Assembly: GCA_048013815.1 (NCBI GenBank)
Contig: CM106586.1
Location: 620,001-684,000 of the forward strand
Origin: Setoptus koraiensis
Lineage: Eukaryota; Animalia; Arthropoda
Direction: 5' to 3'
DNA length: 64,000 bases
Under the pieces are notes generated by a model, which saw only the letters and a program-made list of their open reading frames with translations, did no database searches and had not been told where the DNA came from. This document shows, in pieces, positions 25,701 through 32,820 of this stretch (its first letter is position 1; every line of letters begins with the position of its first letter). A program made the position numbers and the translations under genes.

Positions 25701-26976
25701 GCGTCCTGGTCATAGTTGGTCGAATTTGAACGACAAGGTCATTTTACCGGCGCTTCAATATATCGACAAACATCCTGGTGGCAGATTTTACATTTTCGGC
25801 GAGTTCAATTGTAGAGTGACCAATCCTTCATATGCTCTGATGTGTGATGCGTTCCTTCAATACAAAATTTTCCCTCTGCTCGTTGAAGATGCCCTTAAAT
25901 CAATTGACGGTTTAACCTCCGAGTATATATTCACTAACGATAGAAATGTGAATATCGGTGTTGTTCGAACCATTGTGAGTTCGTTCTATCCCGTATATGT
26001 GACCAAACGGGACGTTACTAACACCATTGTGACAGAACCTCCGCCGCACAAGCCTAGCGATCGACATTATGAAGATCATAACGATGATAGTGTTGCCTAC
26101 TCTAGAAATGAGTTTTCTCAGAGCAAGTTCATCGGAATGCAATCAGATGAAGACTACTCCGATTGCTCGATCGCTTCTCAAGATTCTCGTGACTCTGATG
26201 CTTCTTCTCAGTCTTCCCAATTAGCATGCAATCCTGCCGAGGAATTTGTTTTGCGGAGCTCAGGGTTATCACAACCTACTGATATTATTGACATATCGGA
26301 TGATGACTCTGAGACTCAAATGGAAGTCGAAGCACAACCCGGCAATCTGTACTTAAAACGATATTTTAGCGAGTATTTCCTTTGTGAATATGAAGATGTT
26401 ACTCAGGGTGAGGTAGATATTTTGAATTCGACTGGATATCTCAATACCAATATCGTTAACTGTTTCCTCCACCTGTTACGTATCCAGTATGATGTTTTAC
26501 CGTTCGATTCGTTCTTCTATCCAATGTTGAGGCAAGAAATTTCTAGATTTGAATCATCTGACTTTGATAGAACATTTCCTGTGCATCTGAGATACCTAGA
26601 GGATCTTTTTGATCATCGAATTGCGCTGATACCGATTGTACTTGATGAACATTGGTCACTCGTCAAGGTTGACATCGATTCGCAAACCATTTCGCACTAT
26701 AATAGTCTTGTATCGGCGAGTAGTCGGTCTCACGGGTCGCAAGTATGTTCGAATTTGATCAAGTATTTGAAAATTGGAACTGGCATCGATTTCACTCTTT
26801 TGCCGACCCCTAGACCTCCTCAACAAGATAACGGATACGATTGTGGAGTATTTGTCTGTAAATATGCCCACTGTCTTGCCCTCGAACAAGATTTTCTCAA
26901 TTTTTCTCCCGCAGAAATGCGCGTTTATCGCCAGAAGATTAGACAGTCATTACTTTCTGAGACAATTGTTGTTTGA
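19369..26976 (+). CDS. Helentron RepHel polyprotein: Zn finger, HUH Rep, PIF1-family SF1 helicase, degenerate APE-like endonuclease, Ulp1/C48-like protease (true start uncertain)
   Basis: GPPTLFMT (21904); EYQHRGSPHAH (22177-22209); YLVNYLTK (22783); GGAGTGKS (23878); VDEISM (24145); FGDFNQLPPV; TYHSSQGQT; YVGFSRV; LSETCL and GEFN; HW..YNSL..QQDNGYDCG (26650-26847). Confidence 0.93.
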   Translation: MNQKWVLSRSALQDVNPEWVLSLIIPDVNRKWVLSRSGCEPEMGSFPNYIIDGCEPETGSFPQCLTGSEPRMGSFPDYTGCEPSMSSFPQRLTGCEPLMSSFPNYTGCEPSMSSFPQRLTGCEPEMGSFPDYRIGGSDSLIGVFLQNLARCDPEISLPLLRLRRCGLEFGSFLRMSNDDLVFELGSIFDDHPCSSFNSLASIVAHGGGYSPDSPHDSSDEDRHPAEKPFSRPLSRAEKMKLKRADPVFRAAENERRRANYKDNVSAHDYKAKQIRAKRSDPEFVAAELARKRELYQKNPHPTIERIKERRSDSVNYSLELERKKSLYHSDKSTAVCDSDPSVGDERPQRIRTQNKRYNDYYLDKDIEYHKKVRLDPEFRKAELAKLQKKRENVAFRDREEFVKRRSYFVKKVKSWNDLGFCFSGLDINEVDQRHLIKMNDAISTYYHDLAQSFFHVCVVCSGTFRECSLKKFDIEEFRSDIGQEFFDKVVSVFDEPFQICGTCYSYILRKKVPPLCMNNGLRYVALPEFIRTLNPIEQILVSNVIQFRKIVENRPEHNSWMRTHPHLFGKPSIINVQLDPSDAFSKVQSIPRAPDESLSCVVRLFKRQQFADMNLHPHVQGFIDHEKLDKAAAWLVKTPLYIKDGIKFKGKATTQKIAEKFNSERVIDMELGKDIPDEFPDAMYPPQETFITRLPGAPLDIAPAEDRPAISALFGTTIDERPFPTIFGGHPYPSPPPAGSSWPKLTLSQRLKFEMRNVSTQHRPCVYVLFGAAKKLANQLYSASYTATRISTKTNVLTVQDVLDQKHRNVLIKNDMMFTLYKQVPNTPQYWMAQSKKLLLAVYAFGPPTLFMTITINESDEAELLRLLYRFRHNVWLSQKDVLEGLSHSEKADLFLNDPVTLSRYFELRQSCLMKFLKDKYGAFAGYRIYKYYSRIEYQHRGSPHAHMIFWLEGAPTFDKDEPSSIPSCVDFIDRHITTRSDLCDEQVAKRQFHKHTRTCLKIKHGKVGCRFNLPRYPMAQTCILGPLMEGEVDKADIPSVRGRLLKIKNLLKEWTRPIPGGYFQRQSALTFDQFLEKLEMSHDQYIEAIRLGLEKHKTLYKCQPCDIMTNNFNPIIGPMINANMDIQFVLEPFGVIKYLVNYLTKASGKASLAMRAVFEHYKNHKASHNPLKEMLKTMSRELLNCLELGAPEAALMCIGGKFHDCNWSEVVVNTSLPNERTRILKPLKELAELADKSCSEIYHPSVYEKYENRPKNQYNMYFADWLTKYQGQTVHDEKPDFFEDIVESEPDLYTDNRKVLRIHIPKLKEDPENYYRILITFFGRPWFSEMTDIINKTESYEERYENDRDLITANRKRHYKLDFDVQVRLKGMFEQEQRILEDQENFNCPIPDDFIPQSKLSLDDFIFEEFDKRDCTRNRLNIENIDEDAVLAEQHTSHGKKLIYLNKLNKTKNELLVFSTKASADTMDICSRVASLNEKQYVYASHFAHALRLGNPFYHVVLGGAGTGKSFLIKTLHRIGLGILDVDPDVDVDVEQFPIMLTATSASAAFLIGGSTMHSAFLLPVMREFTSLSEDTRSTQAKKFLSTKVIFVDEISMCSNAMLHQMNDRLIQIKQCDLPFGGCSVVFFGDFNQLPPVAAKPVYVPTDITGNTYLWQLFSCYELVDIMRQKDDKRFAETLSRIANGNFVQQDVDLLKTRLCGEDHPISLSDIPDDVIRLYPTNKAVNAYNIEAMSKIEGDAIVVPADDSLRSKVRLNVEATLNKFYKKELESNRGMHLGLPQTLTLKKGAVYKITTNIDTSDGLVNGAAGILQYISYIMHPKNPSARRPGLLFMSFENKSIGQRARHEFFREYVKKSEILSTIREDWVPITLKQITISEFDYSIDRIQFPIVPAHARTYHSSQGQTWTSAVCNLMPINRINRKMLYVGFSRVTSLSGLFIVGDLSKALEKCRSVPDKRAPAAKGKIKMVDIDECEMEQDRFFVNQFKKKCSLNASILSSHNPVAPSLLFHRMDHPKTSSIELRKILSMNKFSLIFLSETCLKPNARVEFAGYYNVKRLDFESSDQVSRRGLLCCATYDLKDEIKVGPAKSSQNLEVMIIQYLANHYIFIYVRPGHSWSNLNDKVILPALQYIDKHPGGRFYIFGEFNCRVTNPSYALMCDAFLQYKIFPLLVEDALKSIDGLTSEYIFTNDRNVNIGVVRTIVSSFYPVYVTKRDVTNTIVTEPPPHKPSDRHYEDHNDDSVAYSRNEFSQSKFIGMQSDEDYSDCSIASQDSRDSDASSQSSQLACNPAEEFVLRSSGLSQPTDIIDISDDDSETQMEVEAQPGNLYLKRYFSEYFLCEYEDVTQGEVDILNSTGYLNTNIVNCFLHLLRIQYDVLPFDSFFYPMLRQEISRFESSDFDRTFPVHLRYLEDLFDHRIALIPIVLDEHWSLVKVDIDSQTISHYNSLVSASSRSHGSQVCSNLIKYLKIGTGIDFTLLPTPRPPQQDNGYDCGVFVCKYAHCLALEQDFLNFSPAEMRVYRQKIRQSLLSETIVV

Positions 26977-27048
26977 TATTAAAGTCTCCGCCTGTGTTTC
27001 GATATATGATGAACTTGAGATGTATCTAGGCCCAGATTGATGCAAATT

Positions 27049-27315
27049 GGAAGTGAACCTTCGACGGGTTCTTTCCCAGTCGCGCAAAATTGGAAGTGAA
27101 CCCTCGACGAGTTCTTTCCCAGTCGCGCAAAATTGGAAGTGAACCCTCGACGAGTTCTTTCCCAGTCGCGCAAAATTGGAAGTGAACCCTCAACGAGTTC
27201 TTTCCCAGTCGCGCAAAATTGGAAGTGAACCCTCAACGAGTTCTTTCCCAGTCGCGCAAAATTGGAAGTGAACCCTCAACGGGGCACTATTCGCTACAAC
27301 AACCGAGTTCTTTCC
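27049..27315 (+). repeat. 43-bp minisatellite (6 units) sharing the 29-bp core with the 5' array
   Basis: ggaagtgaacc-N6-gagttctttccc at 27049, 27092, 27135, 27178 and 27221, plus an interrupted unit at 27264. Confidence 0.93.
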
Positions 27316-27344
27316 CAGACGATAACAGAGTTGAGATAGATGAA

Positions 27345-27890
27345 GTTTAGGGTGGAAGATTCAGCATCAACGAAGTTTTTAGTCAGAGTGTACGTGGCGG
27401 AAGTAGATATATAGCATCATTATTTAGTCATCATCAGCAGTGGTTACGGTCGAGTCATGCGGAGTTAAGTTAGTTTAAGTTTGGGGTGGAAGATTCAGCA
27501 TCAACGAAGTTTTTATTTAGTCAGAGTGTACGTGGCGGAAGTAGATATATAGCATCATTATTTAGTCATCATCAGCAGTGGTTACGGTCGAGTCATGCGG
27601 AGTTAAGTTAGTTTAAGTTTGGGGTGGAAGATTCAGCATCAACGAAGTTTTTATTTAGTCAGAGTGTACGTGGCGGAAGTAGATATATAGCATCATTATT
27701 TAGTCATCATCAGCAGTGGTTACGGTCGAGTCATGCGGAGTTAAGTTAGTTTAAGTTTGGGGTGGAAGATTCAGCATCAACGAAGTTTTTATTTAGTCAG
27801 AGTGTACGTGGCGGAAGTAGATATATAGCATCATTATTTAGTCATCATCAGCAGTGGTTACGGTCGAGTCATACGGAGTTCAGCATCAAC
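27345..27890. repeat. 138-bp tandem repeat (about 4 units)
   Basis: ggtggaagattcagcatcaacgaag at 27351, 27485, 27623 and 27761. Confidence 0.95.
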
Positions 27891-28115
27891 AAAGTCTTTG
27901 GTAGGAGAACATGGAGCAAGATTGGATACTTGAAAATAAAATATATCAAGCAATAAGTTATATGCACAAATTCGTTTCTAGCACCACCTTGTTCGCACTT
28001 TTTTGTTGGTCTGGTAGTTGTTTTAGTGGTTGGTCGTTTGTCGTTTGGTTTGGTTTGGTTTGTTTATTTTATCGGTCGGTTGCCTTGTTGGTTTGTTGTT
28101 GGCGGTTTTATTTGG

Positions 28116-28235
28116 TTCGGTTCGGTTCGGTTCGGTTCGGTTCGGTTCGGTTCGGTTCGGTTCGGTTCGGTTCGGTTCGGTTCGGTTCGGTTCGGTTCGG
28201 TTCGGTTCGGTTCGGTTCGGTTCGGTTCGGTTCGG
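28116..28235 (+). repeat. (TTCGG)24 microsatellite
   Basis: Perfect 120-bp pentamer run preceded by degenerate T/G repeats. Confidence 0.98.
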
Positions 28236-28559
28236 TTTGTATGTTGGGTATATAGAACCGAAAGAACGGATCCGCTGGAAGGGTGTGTACAATGCGGATC
28301 CGCTCGGGTGTCATCGGTACGGCGGCACAGTATCACGGTTATAACCAATACTGTGCACGCCTGTTGTTGTCTATCTCTGTGCACTGCGCGCGTCGAACTT
28401 TATTGACGCGCGCGTGCAACACGTTATTACATTGTTTGTCGCATTGCCTCGGCGGATGCAATCATCTTGCCGTTGCGAAATCACAACGGCTAGATGATTG
28501 CATCCACCAGCAATGCCAGCACCGCCAGTCCGCCAGCATCACCGCCAGCATCAACACCA

Positions 28560-29790
28560 ACAGCAACAACCACCATCATCACCATCATCATTATTATCAT
28601 TATTATTATCATTATTATTGCTATTATTATTGCTATTATTATTATTATTATTGCTATTATTATTATTATTATTGCTATTATTATTATTATTATTGCTATT
28701 ATTATTATTATCATCATCACCATCACCATCATCGTCGTCACCACCAACATCATCCGCATCATAAGTGCAGTTGGTGATGTTTTCAAATTGGAACATCACC
28801 AACTGCACCGTTAATTACGGTGCTGTTGGTGGCCGGCAACAACGACAGCAGCAGCAACAACAGCAGCAACAACAAACCGGCCGACACCAGCGACGACAAC
28901 AACAACAGCAGCAGCAGAACCCCTTGCGGGCCCGCCAGCGTGCCAACCGGCGGCAACAACGGCAACAACAGCAGCAACAGCAACAACCAAAACAGCAGCA
29001 GCACCCACAACAGCACCAACAACAACAGCACCAACAACAACAGCACCAACAACAACAGCACCAACAACAAGAGCACCAACAACAACAGGACCAACAAGAG
29101 CAGCAACCACCGCCACCGCTCACCGCCGCTCAGCGCCAGCGCCGACGCCAACAACACCAACGCCAACAACACCAACGCCAACAACACCAACGCCAACAAC
29201 ACCAACAACCTCGGCCAGAACCTGTAGTGTTCGGGCCGGAACCTCTGTTCCGACCCGTCCTACACGTTCTGGCCGATGAATACGCCGGCCGCCGACGTCC
29301 TGGCGAGTCTCTCGACGCAAGACTCGCCAGGATGGAGGCCGAGCGGACGGCAGCAGCAGCAGCTTCAACAACATCAGCAGCAGCTTCAACAACATCAGCA
29401 GCAGCAGCAGCAGCTCCAACAACATCAGCAGCAACTCCAACAACATCAGCAGCAGCTCCAACAACATCAGCAGCAGCAGCTCCAACAACAACCACAACAG
29501 CACCACAACCAACAACAGCACCACAACCAACAACAACAGCAACACCAATAACAACAGCAGCAGCAGGAACAACAACAACAGCAACACCAATAACAACAGC
29601 AGCAGCAGGAACAACAACAACTCCAACATCAGCATCAACAGCAGCAGCAGGAACTCCCATGGAGGTGGATATGCCACAACAGCCACAGCAGCCACAACAG
29701 CCACAACAGCCACAACAGCTGCAGGAGCAACAACAGCAACAATAAAAAAAAATATTATTATTATCATTATCATTATTATTATTACCGCTG
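28560..29790. repeat. (ATT)n and (CAA/CAG)n low-complexity region interspersed with GC-rich hairpins; includes a doubtful 326-aa Q/T/A-rich ORF (28765-29745)
   Basis: Direct inspection. Confidence 0.85.
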
Positions 29791-30129
29791 TAACTATTAT
29801 TATTACAATAAAATTTGAGGCGAGCTCGCCCGGCCTCTCTTCGTTAGCCAGAACGAAAGGTTATTATATAGTGTAAAGTATTAGGGTCTATTATATCACT
29901 CAAATCTAGCATGTCAATGCTGTGTTTTCTCATGAAAATAAATTTCGTTGGATAGAAAAGACTGCCTCACTGATTACAGATTGGCTAGGGTGTTCTATCG
30001 AATAGTTTTTACCAAGATGGGAAAAAGTTATGCTACACCTTTCGAACAACATTTATTGGGTGTTCTTGCGAACTGGGCGTAGCTCAGTTCGCGACGAAAC
30101 TCATGGTGTGAGCTTCTTGGAGGCCTCTG

Positions 30130-30551
30130 ACGAGAAATATTTCGGACCGGAAGTGTAGAAACTTCCAGTTCCGGTTTTAGCTTCATCTTTGAGATACAGC
30201 CTTGAAACTCGGTATGTTAGTATATCAGACTAAGACAACCCCGATGACATCATCTTCAAATATCTACAACTTCCGGTTCTTGAGATATTCAGGAAAATTG
30301 CATGTATGGGCGAATCTGGTCTGGGTCTGTTCAGAGCCTACACCCAGAGTATGGCGACACGCATTCATGAACAAAACCCGGATCGATCACGGGCCCCGCC
30401 CACTCGACTCCCAGTCCTCGGGAAGAATCTTTTTTAGTTTGGGGGTGTTGTAGCGAATAGCGACCCAGTCAGATTTCGATGAAACTTCACACGTGGGGCC
30501 CGTAGGGTCCCCTGACAACAGTTTGAGTGGTCCGGAAGTGCGGAAACTTCC
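30130..30551 (+). repeat. Family A internal repeats running into the gap
   Basis: ccggaagtgtagaaacttccagttccggtttt and gagtggtccggaagtgcggaaacttcc match about 2905-2940; 30443-30530 is an inverted match to 2720-2815. Confidence 0.75.
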
Positions 30552-31051
30552 NNNNNNNNNNNNNNNNNNNNNNNNNNNNNNNNNNNNNNNNNNNNNNNNN
30601 NNNNNNNNNNNNNNNNNNNNNNNNNNNNNNNNNNNNNNNNNNNNNNNNNNNNNNNNNNNNNNNNNNNNNNNNNNNNNNNNNNNNNNNNNNNNNNNNNNNN
30701 NNNNNNNNNNNNNNNNNNNNNNNNNNNNNNNNNNNNNNNNNNNNNNNNNNNNNNNNNNNNNNNNNNNNNNNNNNNNNNNNNNNNNNNNNNNNNNNNNNNN
30801 NNNNNNNNNNNNNNNNNNNNNNNNNNNNNNNNNNNNNNNNNNNNNNNNNNNNNNNNNNNNNNNNNNNNNNNNNNNNNNNNNNNNNNNNNNNNNNNNNNNN
30901 NNNNNNNNNNNNNNNNNNNNNNNNNNNNNNNNNNNNNNNNNNNNNNNNNNNNNNNNNNNNNNNNNNNNNNNNNNNNNNNNNNNNNNNNNNNNNNNNNNNN
31001 NNNNNNNNNNNNNNNNNNNNNNNNNNNNNNNNNNNNNNNNNNNNNNNNNNN
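30552..31051. other. Assembly gap (500 N)
   Basis: Run of N. Confidence 1.
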
Positions 31052-31053
31052 AT

Positions 31054-31104
31054 TTGCCAACAGCAGGTAGTGATTGCGGCTGTTCTTCACGTGATGAATT
31101 GTAA
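31054..31104 (+). CDS. Possible C-terminal end of an ER-resident protein (..CGCSSRDEL-stop); the rest would be in the gap
   Basis: RDEL immediately before TAA, followed by an AT-rich tract with aataaa at about 31199. Confidence 0.35.
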   Translation: MPTAGSDCGCSSRDEL

Positions 31105-31531
31105 GCCATTGATCAATCAAAATAATAATCATGCTATTATGAAATATATCTAATAATAATGTTCTCATAAATTCGAAATAGAATTACAAATAGATTCAAA
31201 ATAAAATAGCAAATAAATTCAAATAAAAAGATCAAAGTCCATTCTATATATTTGAATTCGTGCCAAAATTAACTGCGGCCCTTCTTCCGCACGGGCCATG
31301 CCCCTTCGCTCCCGCACTAGCGCACAAATATGTATGCTGGCACAATGTGTGTGTGCACAGAGGGGGCGTCGGTCGCAGCGCCATCTGCCGGCGTGCGCGT
31401 CGTCCTGCGCAGATGGCCCAAAAACACCAGAAAATAACCAGAATAATGCAAAAACGAAAAATTTTCCGGGTAAACGGTTGCCCGGGTTCGACCCAGCTCT
31501 TCGAGATCTACAAGAATAGACCCATTAGAAA

Positions 31532-32819
31532 CAAGTGATCCTGATTCAATCAGTATCTCGAGCGCTTAATTTTTTGGATAGACGAGTATCGTTGGAATAT
31601 GGATGCGAGCATGTGACAACATGTCGGAGATACACATCTAAGCCTGTCAGATCAGAGTAGCCGGAAAGATGACAGAATAAATCCTAGTTCTCCAAATTGC
31701 TATTGCAGCATGATAAACATGTTGATTGCTTGCGTACGGAATTTAGTAGGATCCTAATGGTCAGTTTCGCCACAATGAGTAAGTTAGTTGGACACACCAA
31801 TTAGTCAATGGCGCATACTTTGTTATAGAGCATCGATTTCGAATTTCGAAGATCAAAATGTGACCATCGAATTTCGAATTGTGACCATCGAACTCTGACC
31901 ACGGAACTCTGACCACGGAACTCTGGCCATCGAACGAGCAGCTGAAACTCTCATCAGGAATTCGAATTTTCAATTTTCGAATTTCGAACTTCGAATTGTT
32001 ACCACCGAACTCTGACCACGGAACTCTGACCACGGAACTCTGGCCATCGAACATCGAACCAGCAGCTGAAACTCTCATCAGGAATTCGAATTTTCAATTT
32101 TCGAATTTCGAACTTCGAATTGTTACCACCGAAGTTCGAAATGTGACCATCGAACTATGTACAAGCACCTGGAACTAGTATCAGAAATTCGCGCACATGT
32201 TACTTCCCTATCACTACTTGCGCTTGGTTGCTATTGCTGTTGGTTATTTTCTCATTTTATTTCTAATTATATTTTATTATTTTATATATTTTATTTAAAG
32301 ATTCTATCATTGTTACCTAACCCTTCTTCTCTGCGTGTGATAGAGTTAGATAATGCGCAGGAAGAAGGGATGTAAAGACACTAGAAAGAAGAGCCAAGAA
32401 AGAGTGCGAAGATTGCATAAAATAGTGCGCGCACAGATTTTGCATGCATTTTCCCATAGAGCGTGGCGCCCCCTAAGCACCAGAAAAACCAGAATTACTC
32501 GCGAACCAGGAAAAAGTCGGGAAAAGCCGACACCGTTTCTTGTTCAGGGCATTGAGCTGAACACGTTTTGGTACATTAGAACCAAATCTGAGTGTTACAC
32601 TTCCCGGCCTTACCTTGTAAGAACACTCAACCACTTACTTTGAACGAGCAGCTAAAACTCTTATTAGAAATTCGAATTTTCAATTTTGAAGTTCGATTTG
32701 TCACCACCGAACTGCGCACAAATGTGACCTAGTCAAATCTCCATAGAATTACATAGTCACGTGAATAAACGTAGCACCCAGACCCATCCCAATAGCAGCT
32801 TAATTAAAATTAAGCGCTA
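31532..32819 (-). mobile_element. Complete HINE family B element (about 1.29 kb) with internal short tandem repeats
   Basis: 5' palindrome at about 32793-32819 matches the copy at 17311-17337. 3' end: agcgcttaatt at 31561-31571 plus stem gatcctgat/atcagtatc (31537-31557), as at 9584-9618. Internal gaactctgaccacg repeats at about 31880-32140. Confidence 0.82.
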
Positions 32820-32820
32820 A

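Larger units (their letters stand above)
18225..29862 (+). mobile_element. Structurally complete Helentron (Helitron2/HLE2), about 11.6 kb
   Basis: 5' TT + aggccgggcgagc (18227-18239); exact inverse gctcgcccggcct at 29824-29836, then stem-loop ttcgtt-agccag-aacgaa (29840-29857) and TT; no TSD; RepHel ORF inside. Confidence 0.9.

Noticed and set aside
28023-29773. Many ORFs (FGSVR, NRTEP, poly-Q, poly-L, poly-C), including the 326-aa Q/T/A-rich ORF
   Set aside because: C/A-rich triplet repeats rarely contain stops, so long ORFs are expected by chance; no domain recognised. Not excluded as a real accessory gene.
29985-30010. Possible 3' end of repeat family A (ggctagggt + ctat/atag + T-run)
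   Set aside because: Mismatched subterminal repeat, only a 4-bp stem, and it lies upstream of the internal repeats it should follow.
11586-31168. ORFs spanning the N runs
   Set aside because: Artefacts of translating assembly gaps.
31470-31500. B-box-like ggttcgaccc suggesting a tRNA or SINE
   Set aside because: No A-box or cloverleaf could be built.
3847-32820. Palindrome tagcgcttaattttaattaagcgcta as a protelomerase or recombinase site
   Set aside because: Better explained as a Helentron-type 5' end: its half-site reappears inverted before a stem-loop plus TT at 9584 and 31561, and no recombinase is encoded.
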